DNA from: Candidatus Kapaibacterium sp.
GTDB lineage: Bacteria > Bacteroidota > Ignavibacteria > Kapaibacteriales > UBA2268
Assembly: GCA_937936035.1 (NCBI GenBank)
Contig: CALGXJ010000040.1
Coordinates: forward strand, 1 to 52,402
Reading direction: 5' to 3'
DNA: 52,402 nucleotides
The notes below the pieces were generated by a model. The model made no database searches and was not told the DNA's origin. It worked only from the letters and a program-made list of their open reading frames with translations. Positions 19,701-26,150 of the stretch are shown piece by piece; position 1 is the stretch's first letter; every line of letters begins with the position of its first letter. Both the position numbers and the translations under genes were made by a program.

Positions 19701-21049
19701 TTTAGTGTAAAATTACCAAGGTTTACTGCTGCGATAATAGTGAAGTTAGTAGGCAAGCTACCGCTGCCGAGAATTTCAAAGGTTGTTGCAGCAGTTGTAG
19801 TAAATGTGCCCCAGTTAGTAACTGCACCATATAGTTTAACTGTGGAGCCAGTAGCATCAAATGTTGCCCCAGTATTGTCGAATGCACCGTAAACTGTAAA
19901 TGTGTTAGCACCTACTGTTGTAGTGAATGTTGCTGTATTTGTGAAGTTTCCATATACTGTTACATTTCCTGCAAGAGTGGCATCGTTTCCAAAGGTTAAA
20001 TTGTGAACAGTGAGAGATGGAATTTGCTCACCAGCTGCAGTTTGTGCAGCACTAAATGTTAAATTTGTATTTGAGTTTGTGTTGAGCGTAAGGTTTGTGA
20101 ATGTAACTATTCCTGAGAATGTAACAGTTGAGCCAAGAGCGTTAATTGTAGCGCCAGCGGCTGCACCAGCTACTGTGCCTGAAAAAGTAGATGTAGCGTT
20201 ATTTATAGTAAGAACGCCAGTTGCTGGGATAGAGAGGGCTGCTGTGAAGGTGTTTGTAACACTACCACCAGTAGAAATCAATGTACCGGTAAGAGTGATT
20301 GCGCCGGTGAATGTGCGTGTATTTGAGCCGGTGGATGCGGCATTGAGAGTGGCGCCTAAAGCTATATTAGATGTTGTTGTTACAGTTAAATTGTTATTAC
20401 CAACGATTAATGTGCCTGCTGTTACTGACAATGTAGTTGTTGTAGTAAGATTATCTGAAAGAGTACAAGTTGAACCGGGTTTATTAACAGTTAATGAATT
20501 AAGTGTAGTCAAAGTAGCAGGCAAAGTAACAGCAGTAGTACCAACTAATGATAAATTTGCGGGAATTGTATTAGTAATTGTAGCAGTGGATGATTTTGTC
20601 CAGGTACCGCTTAGGGTTACTGTTGCAGCAGCAGTGCTGAAAGTAACATTTGAGGTGTCGTTCTGCACAATATCGCCGCGATAGGTGGCATTACCAATAT
20701 TTACGGCAACTGCGGCATTAATTACAAGCGAAGAAGTTCCGTTTAGCGTGATGCCGCCTGTGCTTGTTGTTGCAACATCTGCATTTTGTGTAATTGTTAA
20801 GGTTGAGTTACCATAAATACTGATTGTGCGGGCAGTAATTGCAGCAGAAGTAGTAACTGTGAACCCGTTTGGGATAATTGCATCATCCGCACTTGTTGGA
20901 ACTATAGCTGGAGACCAGTTTGTTGCTGTATTCCAGTCGTTAGTACCTCCAACAAATGTTATGGTAGCAGCGGGGAGCAGCCCCGTGCTTAAAAAAGCTA
21001 AGATAGTGACTATAAGACTTAATCTTAGCAATCGGTTTTTCTTTTTCAT
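13745..21049 (-). CDS. Giant (2434 aa) secreted adhesin-like protein: two beta-helix-like repeat modules, then Ig/FN3-like and PPC-like C-terminal domains; no recognisable T9SS CTD
   Basis: Intact 7.3-kb ORF. Signal peptide MKKKNRLLRLSLIVTILAFLSTGLLPAA. The motif G..(N/D)W......WSP..VP occurs twice (nt ~20864-20960 and ~18030-18106). Long Thr/Asn/Gly/Ala-rich quasi-repeats. FN3-like ISWTNGGGAARIVL...KYYVYVFEYNG (~14147-14512). PPC-like STDEDWFNFNV...GDYTLEFYDTTG...AGTYTVRIFSS (~13778-14137). Confidence 0.9.
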   Translation of the reverse strand: MKKKNRLLRLSLIVTILAFLSTGLLPAATITFVGGTNDWNTATNWSPAIVPTSADDAIIPNGFTVTTSAAITARTISIYGNSTLTITQNADVATTSTGGITLNGTSSLVINAAVAVNIGNATYRGDIVQNDTSNVTFSTAAATVTLSGTWTKSSTATITNTIPANLSLVGTTAVTLPATLTTLNSLTVNKPGSTCTLSDNLTTTTTLSVTAGTLIVGNNNLTVTTTSNIALGATLNAASTGSNTRTFTGAITLTGTLISTGGSVTNTFTAALSIPATGVLTINNATSTFSGTVAGAAAGATINALGSTVTFSGIVTFTNLTLNTNSNTNLTFSAAQTAAGEQIPSLTVHNLTFGNDATLAGNVTVYGNFTNTATFTTTVGANTFTVYGAFDNTGATFDATGSTVKLYGAVTNWGTFTTTAATTFEILGSGSLPTNFTIIAAVNLGNFTLNRPNSSFNVSGAFAVTFNALTITAGTVALPDEAHTVTTTTTIASNGTLDLSSVTTANNGITFTTGLAGSGTITANGGNGADEPVIVIAAGCNYTFTGSILTNQYTTLSVLSTQTSDIELPSSISQLNLLIVNRGAVARKVILNSNLTIAGNITATEFASGRFELNGYTLTLSGTYTSAAAANFIMDATEGSTVVFNGAPTFVANAIVTDQTTNFQMGAAATIDATITTLNNLTITTATTTLGGALTLYGNLTAATGATFNKATFDLTVYGDVSNSGTLTLNGAGGTIALHGQLIGSGTYTTGVSTILSIQGTSSQFVLPAAVTTLGRLTLNRPNGMKLMAGLTVGDGVAANNDVTITLGDLDLNGFILTLADVNAQISETAGNTIINTGLSSSTTGYVTTATAGTTAANIQTSGIGVPSIAGPTGIVVRRYPRTVPIAGVGLATHRIYYITGTGNVTSVTFAFDNTELYSNAADLKLYHTTDYTFVTSPTEVSGTVTENTPVAGKGQLAITGVNIATANYYALAAAPGDGGVLRTFVGTSGNWGNPASWSPSGVPTKVDQVVIGPATVTVNGNGAIYECKTLVLNHPNATVQPANNTVNGDVVSLRVMGNITLAAGSEILGVNGTGRLNLIIGDGTTAGVSSTISVNNNYTTGSGIWVHNLTVNAADVTGSANRIRISGDVALLANSAVSGVNAEFWGGYDALQTISVPASAFLSFTTIRTDNNANVSTQSNITVTDRFEILNGTKFDATGGTTYFTTALSGTGDPWTVQNGGTLQLFNVELNSSGGAQDFAPLGTAYIQGNFYQYGTDAFAPTSGRIVFSNLGQREIVNTQTPADLIFYALEVTNGSKVVTSSNFQVQNEINVLGNGSLKANNGTIEFTGNGNIYNASNQTLEFNNLTIAAGFTVNTSDSWKIKGNLVVSASASLLADGGTITFENIQEKSINAAGTLRFFKLKVADGSKLTTTTNHNFTIRNNATNPLGAGIEVEGTGEFYVGSAASVITFDVGVGVSAGNPKTITKSSAGRLEFGTIVIAANPNNEVATSSDFTITGTGANTFLNSGAGGKFTAAAGTITFTGAAPEISSVSPASTQFSSILTQGATALTVPNQAQELFIAGDLTINGTSSMDFATPNTASRIIFNGNTLQKITGTTSALTPIQFADLTLNKSANSELLLELDATIASNANHDFVLTNGILNIGSRTLTVGAGAISRLNGVINGGTGTYVVATNHLTPLLEDSYFTVSGVPTLYNLTINAAHTTANDLTVNGTLDLAAANLTIGTGASAVTPMKLILNGNLTRTTGLLDGSLTNSRLVLQGTGTVTNGLSNSYFVGTAATTVQLEVARQETLGGNLNIANTSYLRVNTGINDFDLGSYILTFNTSFNVVMISGGIKAGTGSTVVLPNIANLTIPASMFRNNEVNNLTIAAAINLAGDLRINGTLTGAFSITTNNNILTFGPSATLPTFSSSAYVIGNMRRYVTNSNTRFDVGIGGQYIPVVIRFANSSSQQAVVVKPNYVNPTLGKGGDPTRALLALWDITAEGTVLNDSLRVNFEWPNTIHNGLTPANGTTFAAKWLGTSWKDYRNNASYGSQVLSMTNFPIKGSSALTGDWAIFVATANTDAAKDAAIKVTGNKLVITKIEPLPVVVNQAFSVTVQLQNEYGQAVNVSTPFSFTLKEQKGAGGFANVSSIIPVGQSYVTLNGLSITAAGGNYQLRVDSAAASEVLSGVSQLFDVLPTAPTSQATALAFTNITATTATISWTNGGGAARIVLIKPDTLLKLTEYPQNGETYLGNQIVGLGSSIGGATVLYNGTGSSINVVGLAPNTKYYVYVFEYNGTDGNENYRTVAAAGNPKSFETTGSYDDDVTFGTNNTRALSKAIGTNTPIRGTIKSSTDEDWFNFNVASTTPNVRVKLTNLAGDYTLEFYDTTGRRIRRSTLSGKSSEAAVINGLPAGTYTVRIFSSDGTYWTKSGEEYVLQVSTYGSEIYSVTP

Positions 21050-21572
21050 ATTTTGACCTTTTATAAAGTTTATAAAACTAAGTTTGTTTAAAGTCGAATT
21101 TCCAGCATAGCAAAACGATTATCGGGCAAGCGGACGCCTGCATCTGTCGATTTAAGAAGTGTCGGAGATATTAGAAATTCCTTTTCTCATAAGTTTCTCC
21201 ATAAATTGTGTTACATAAGGAATAGATAAATCATAAAAATAATGTATATTAATCTGTTAATTAAATAGTTGAATATTTAGTTAGCAATCAGAAGCGTAAT
21301 TTAGGCAAACCATACACACCTTTTTTAATTTTGTATACTTACTCAGTTATCATTTTCGGCATTTCTCAAATAAACTTTAGAGATAATTTTATTATCAAAC
21401 TACCAACGACAAATTAGGAAAACCTGATATTCATTGTTCAACATAAACATTTAATAGAAAAAGGGATTACAAACGCAATGCCAATGAACAAAAATTAATT
21501 AAAAGTATAACTTTTGGTTAATCAAATGAACAATATTAGCCAAAGTTAAAATATTATGGGAGAAGATAAGAG

Positions 21573-22283
21573 TTATTCGGATTTGAATGCTTCCATACGT
21601 CGAAGTCGAGCCTGATGACGCGGGCGAACTGTCTTTGAATGAAGAATTTTTCGGAGAACTGCGAGCACATCAAAGAAAGAACGCCAGTTGTGGTGGGGGA
21701 TTTTCTGTTCGAAGCAGAAACGGGCGAGCGACTTTTTTGCAAAAACAATATCGGCATACTGAGCGGCGCAAAAATCCGAATATCCATCGCCAATGAAGAT
21801 AAGGAAGGCGTCGGTGGGCACATCCTTGAGCAATGCGTTGCGTTTGCAGGAGGCAACAAGGCAGCCGCAACTTTCGGTTGCGAGCGGATAGGTGAGATTC
21901 CAACTGCCGTTGTTTTTTTTTGCTTTGTTGGAATAAACCTTCAGATGATTTTGGTTAATATTCGACAGGACGGCGTCGATATAAAGGTCGAATCCATCGC
22001 TAACAACAGCAAGCGGCAAGCAATTGCCCTTGCAAAATTCAGCAAAATCAAGGAAATAGGCATCCACTTGCTGAGCGGCAGCCCAGTTTCTGATAAATTG
22101 CTCGTCAATATTGTCCGGCAAGCTTTCGAAAAGAAGTTCCCAGTATTGGCGAATATCCAACTTGTGCGAAAGAAGTTCAGAATGGAATGGTTCGAACTGC
22201 CCGAAATCGAGGAAAAGTTTGTCGCCGAGGTCGTCGAGAGTGATAGTGCCATCGAAATCGGTGAAAATATACACATCGTTCAT
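21573..22283 (-). CDS. HAD-IB family phosphatase (MtnX / phosphoserine-phosphatase-like)
   Basis: Start taken at the ATG at 22283 (MNDVYIFTDFDGTIT, HAD motif I), which overlaps the upstream stop as ATGA. Motif II-like VVSDG, a CGC...CKR segment as in MtnX, and motif IV IGDGYSD. Confidence 0.65.
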   Translation of the reverse strand: MNDVYIFTDFDGTITLDDLGDKLFLDFGQFEPFHSELLSHKLDIRQYWELLFESLPDNIDEQFIRNWAAAQQVDAYFLDFAEFCKGNCLPLAVVSDGFDLYIDAVLSNINQNHLKVYSNKAKKNNGSWNLTYPLATESCGCLVASCKRNALLKDVPTDAFLIFIGDGYSDFCAAQYADIVFAKKSLARFCFEQKIPHHNWRSFFDVLAVLRKILHSKTVRPRHQARLRRMEAFKSE

Positions 22284-22837
22284 CGGGAACGCACCGAAAA
22301 GAACAACCATACGGTAGCAGCGAGAGTGGCAACAACGATTGCCGGGCGAAGGAACTGCTCCCAAGCACTTTCGGTTGGAGCTGGCAGTTGATTGCGAAGG
22401 AAGTCGGGCGACGAAGCATTTATCTGTTCGGCTTGTGCGTAAGTAAGTGTGTCGGACAATGAAAGAACGAAGGTTTCGGGTTGGGAGAGCACATTGTTTG
22501 AAACAATTTGAAAAGAAAGTGAAACAGAAATGGTGCGTTTTATATCATTTTTAGAAATTGACGAATAATCCACACCAAGGACAACAGGCGAAAGATAGAG
22601 AAAATCGGAAGCATCGGCAGTCGGCGGAGTGATTTTTACCGGCAGCCGGCGGGCAATTGCCTGCAATATAATCATCTGAGCATCGGTCGGGCTTGTGCTT
22701 ATGCGGGCAGTGTCGCTATGGAGAGGCAGCCTGAGAGCAAGGCTATCGGCAAGCGAAGAAGCGACTTGTAAGTTGTGCGGCTGAGCAAGCAAGCTCAGCG
22801 GAAGCAAAAGTAGCGACACAAGCACAAATTTATACAT
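22280..22837 (-). CDS. Hypothetical exported protein with a C-terminal hydrophobic anchor
   Basis: Signal peptide MYKFVLVSLLLLPLSLLAQ and a C-terminal TM-like segment PAIVVATLAATVWLFFSV followed by RSR. 8-nt overlap with the upstream gene and 4-nt overlap with the downstream gene. Confidence 0.55.
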   Translation of the reverse strand: MYKFVLVSLLLLPLSLLAQPHNLQVASSLADSLALRLPLHSDTARISTSPTDAQMIILQAIARRLPVKITPPTADASDFLYLSPVVLGVDYSSISKNDIKRTISVSLSFQIVSNNVLSQPETFVLSLSDTLTYAQAEQINASSPDFLRNQLPAPTESAWEQFLRPAIVVATLAATVWLFFSVRSR

Positions 22838-23426
22838 TAATGAACCTTGCTAAATGTTCTGCATCGGTGATATGGACAAGCGCGTGGTCGTCGACAAGCT
22901 GCGAGACGGCAGATTTCGCTTGCCGCAGAGGGATGGAGTGCTTGTAGGCAAAGTGCCAGATGTCGATAGGCGAAGCAGAGATTTCGAGAGCAAGCAGTTG
23001 AGCCACAGTGAGCGGTTCATTATTTTCGAAGCGGTTGCGGGCAGATTCGACAAAGGCTTTGCCTTCTTCGTCCAGCATCTGAGCGGAAGTAAAGAAATAG
23101 TTGTCGTTATCGAGGAGGTCGCAAATCGGAAAGCCGCGGCCGTCGCGTTCCACCAGACGAGGCAGAAAATACATTCCGACAAGGTATGGTTCTACAAGTT
23201 CGTCTTCCCAGAGATCGAGCCAGATCGCTTCGTCTTCCGAGCGGAGCCATTCGAAGAAATCTATTTCGTATTTTGGGAGCATCATCAGGGTGTTGCTCGA
23301 ATAACGTTTAGCAAGCATTTGGGCTTGCTCTGCGGTAATTTCGGCAAACACCTGATCTTCGAAAAGGATGTAGTTTCGCTGTTCGATGGAATTTTGGCAA
23401 TATGCAATTAATTCATCGTTAGTCAT
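22830..23426 (-). CDS. Hypothetical acidic cytoplasmic protein (198 aa)
   Basis: Natural-looking acidic sequence, first gene of a three-gene overlapping operon. I preferred it over the mirror ORF 22854-23411(+), which has R/F/V-rich shadow-ORF composition. Confidence 0.55.
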   Translation of the reverse strand: MTNDELIAYCQNSIEQRNYILFEDQVFAEITAEQAQMLAKRYSSNTLMMLPKYEIDFFEWLRSEDEAIWLDLWEDELVEPYLVGMYFLPRLVERDGRGFPICDLLDNDNYFFTSAQMLDEEGKAFVESARNRFENNEPLTVAQLLALEISASPIDIWHFAYKHSIPLRQAKSAVSQLVDDHALVHITDAEHLARFINV

Positions 23427-23682
23427 AGTGTGCTTATCAATTAATTAATAACAAAATACGAAATTACGAAGAAAAAATTGATTAATAAATATTGCGTCGG
23501 GATAAGTAAAGTTTTGGCAGTGGGTTGCGCAGAGCGAACCGTAGAAGAAAAATGAAAGAGCAAAAAATTAATATAATGAATTAATATATTTTTATATTTA
23601 GCAATAACTTGTCAAAAATTAACGTTTGCTTAACAAAAAATTTGTATTTTTATATTTTGTTTCAGTATGATGGCATAATAAA

Positions 23683-24420
23683 ATGTCAGAAGAAAATCGC
23701 CAAATCAGCGAAAATTTGCCTCCTCTGCAAAGCAGCAACGCAAAGACAATAGTAGTGGTCGACGACGAAGCAGATATTTGCGAGCTTGTTTCGCTTGCAC
23801 TCACAAAGGCAGGCTACAAAGTAAGAACATTCGAGGATGGCGAAAGCCTGTTTAAGTATCTCAAAACCAACACACCGGAGCTTGTAATATTAGATTTGAT
23901 GCTACCGGACTCGGATGGCTTCGAAATTTGCAAGTATCTGAAAAAAGACGAGAAGTTTTCGCATATTCCGGTAATAATGCTAACAGCTCGCACAGAAGAA
24001 ATGGATAAAGTATTAGGGTTGGAACTCGGTGCGGACGACTACGTTACCAAGCCGTTTTCGACGCGTGAGCTGGTGGCACGCGTCAAAGCTGTGCTTCGTC
24101 GGGACGAAAAGGTAGTGAAGACGCAGAAAACGCGCATTGGCGATATACTGGAGATAGACCATCAGAAATACGAAGTAACTGTAAATGGCGAGAAAGTGGA
24201 GCTTACTTCAACAGAGTTCCGTATATTGAAGTTGCTAAGCGACAGGCGCGGTTGGGTATACTCCCGCGAGCAAATCCTTGATTATCTCGGAGCGCAGGAA
24301 AAAGGCGTTCTCGATAGAACAGTAGATGTTCATATAAAAAATTTACGTGAAAAATTAGGAATAGCTGGCAAATTTATTAAAAACATTCGGGGCGTTGGCT
24401 ACAAAATAGAAGAAAATTGA
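23683..24420 (+). CDS. OmpR/PhoB-family response regulator
   Basis: Receiver domain (VVVDDE...LVILDLMLPDSDG...MLTA...KPF) plus a winged-helix output (LTSTEFRILKLL...VDVHIKNLREKL...IRGVGYK). Confidence 0.9.
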   Translation: MSEENRQISENLPPLQSSNAKTIVVVDDEADICELVSLALTKAGYKVRTFEDGESLFKYLKTNTPELVILDLMLPDSDGFEICKYLKKDEKFSHIPVIMLTARTEEMDKVLGLELGADDYVTKPFSTRELVARVKAVLRRDEKVVKTQKTRIGDILEIDHQKYEVTVNGEKVELTSTEFRILKLLSDRRGWVYSREQILDYLGAQEKGVLDRTVDVHIKNLREKLGIAGKFIKNIRGVGYKIEEN

Positions 24421-26150
24421 TGAAACGATTGTCGTCGAAAATTTTTGTGGGATATTTCCTTGTGATTTTTTTGCTTACCGGGTTAATACTATATTTTACC
24501 TATCGCAATGTAAGCAACCAACACGTAATAACAATTACCGATAACCTGAATAAAATAAATACAATTCTTGAAGCTAAAATCATTTATTTTATCGAAAACG
24601 GACAGATTTCTGAATTAGATAATTACGTAAAAAAGACTGGGAAAGAAATTGATATAAGGCTAACCATTGTAGATAGCACAGGGCGGGTGCTTGCCGATTC
24701 GGAGGGCGACCCGTCCAAAATGGAAAACCACAGGAGCCGTCCCGAGCTCGAGCCTATTTTCAAAGGAGAGAAAGTAGGGAAATCGGAGCGATTCAGCAGA
24801 ACAGTGCACAAAGAGATGCTCTATGTTGCACACGCTCTTTTAGGTAGCAACGGGCAGTTTCTCGGTGCGATTAGGACAAGTATTTTCAGAAATCAGGCGA
24901 AGGATCTTATCAATCAGCTAATTCTGCAGATACTTCAAATTGCTTCTATTGTTGTGTTGGTTACTCTGATTGGGGCATTGATATTTGTACGGTCGCTCAC
25001 CAAGCCGATAAATCAGATTTCGGAGGCTTCGCGCAAAGTAGCTGCTGGCAATTTTGATATAAAAGTTAATATCGGCGGTGGGGACGAAATCTATGAATTA
25101 GCGACGAATTTTAATAATATGACAGCTCAGATTAAAACTTTATTTGCCGAGGTTACCAAGCAAAAAGAAGAACTCAATACTATTATAAAAGCTATACAAG
25201 ACGGGCTTGTTGCACTCGATATAACAGGGAGAGTGCTGGTAGCAAATGCTGGTTTTTGTAAAATTATTTCAAGTAATGAAATTTTAGATAAGAATATTAA
25301 TGAAATAACGCAAAATCAGGATATATTAAATCTTTTCAATCAAACATTGAACGAAAAGAGCAGCACAATCAATGAAATTTCGAACGACAAAAAATTCTAT
25401 CTCTGCAGTGCCAATTTTATAGAAGCAAAAAAGGAAGTAGTGCTGCTTTTTCACGATATAACAGAGATAAAAAAGCTGGAACAGCTGAAAAAAGACTTTG
25501 TTGCAAACGTTTCTCACGAACTACGCACACCGCTTACAGCAATCAAGGGATTTATAGAAACACTTGAGGACGAAATCGACGAGCAATATCATCACTATAT
25601 TGACATTATCAAGCGAAATACAAACAGATTGATTAGCATTGTGCAAGATTTGCTAATGCTATCCGAGCTGGAAGAGCCAAACACAAAACTAATTAAGAGC
25701 CAGATCGACGGGCGGATAATCATTGACAACGTATTGAAAATATTCGAGCCGAAGCTCAAAGATAAAGGACTGAATATAGCAGTGCAATACCAAGATAATT
25801 TTCCCAAAATAAACGTTGATGTGTTCAGAATGGAGCAAGTGTTTATAAATCTTATAGATAATGCAATAAAGTACTCGGACGGCGGGACAATTCTTATTAG
25901 TTGTTCATACGACAAACATTACGCCTATTTTGCAGTGAAAGACAACGGAATGGGCATATCCAAAGAAGACACCGAACGTATTTTTGAGAGGTTCTATATT
26001 GCGGATAAATCACGCTCGAAAAAAAGCGGGGGAACTGGTCTCGGGCTATCCATTGTAAAGCATATTATATTGCTTCATAACGGTGAAATTTCCGTTGAGA
26101 GCGAGAAAGGGAAAGGCACAACCTTTAAATTTAAAATACCACTAAGTTAG
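24420..26150 (+). CDS. Sensor histidine kinase, PhoR-like (2 TM, HAMP, PAS, HisKA, HATPase_c)
   Basis: ATG at 24420 overlaps the regulator's stop (TGATG); the track's 24417 start is a TTG. H-box SHELRTPLTAIKGF, N box INLIDNAIKYS, G boxes DNGMGI and GGTGLGLSIVKH. RFYIADKSRSKKSGG resembles PhoR. Confidence 0.88.
   Translation: MKRLSSKIFVGYFLVIFLLTGLILYFTYRNVSNQHVITITDNLNKINTILEAKIIYFIENGQISELDNYVKKTGKEIDIRLTIVDSTGRVLADSEGDPSKMENHRSRPELEPIFKGEKVGKSERFSRTVHKEMLYVAHALLGSNGQFLGAIRTSIFRNQAKDLINQLILQILQIASIVVLVTLIGALIFVRSLTKPINQISEASRKVAAGNFDIKVNIGGGDEIYELATNFNNMTAQIKTLFAEVTKQKEELNTIIKAIQDGLVALDITGRVLVANAGFCKIISSNEILDKNINEITQNQDILNLFNQTLNEKSSTINEISNDKKFYLCSANFIEAKKEVVLLFHDITEIKKLEQLKKDFVANVSHELRTPLTAIKGFIETLEDEIDEQYHHYIDIIKRNTNRLISIVQDLLMLSELEEPNTKLIKSQIDGRIIIDNVLKIFEPKLKDKGLNIAVQYQDNFPKINVDVFRMEQVFINLIDNAIKYSDGGTILISCSYDKHYAYFAVKDNGMGISKEDTERIFERFYIADKSRSKKSGGTGLGLSIVKHIILLHNGEISVESEKGKGTTFKFKIPLS

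Noticed and set aside
13745-21049. Many long ORFs on the + strand antisense to the 2434-aa gene (for example 20010-20684 at 224 aa, 19470-19892 at 140 aa, 17393-17779 at 128 aa), and similar ones antisense to the 2148-aa gene (7397-8068, 7581-8084, 10908-11414).
   Set aside because: These are shadow ORFs. The sense genes are dominated by ACN, GCN, GGN, AAY and GTN codons and rarely use TTA, CTA or TCA, so the antisense frames seldom meet stop codons. Their translations are low-complexity (V/A/P/R-rich), lack start contexts, and lie fully inside much better-supported genes.
7110-21049. Possibility of a diversity-generating retroelement or other hypervariation system acting on the lectin-like giant proteins.
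   Set aside because: There is no reverse transcriptase gene anywhere in the window, and I could not see any template/variable repeat pair (a near-identical 100-150-bp duplicate with A-specific differences).
21050-21572. Invertible (phase-variable) promoter upstream of the giant gene.
   Set aside because: No flanking inverted repeats of useful length are present and no recombinase gene is nearby. The region is kept only as a 'long AT-rich leader' observation.
21639-22391. 250-aa + strand ORF covering the HAD phosphatase gene and running into the next gene.
   Set aside because: The minus-strand product has clear HAD motifs (DFDGTIT, GDGYSD) and operon-style overlaps. The + strand product has no recognisable features and spans a gene boundary.
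22854-23411. 185-aa + strand ORF almost exactly mirroring the 198-aa minus-strand gene.
   Set aside because: Its composition (R/F/V/K-rich) is typical of an antisense read. The minus-strand ORF is acidic and globular-looking and is translationally coupled to the downstream genes. This remains formally unresolved without expression data.
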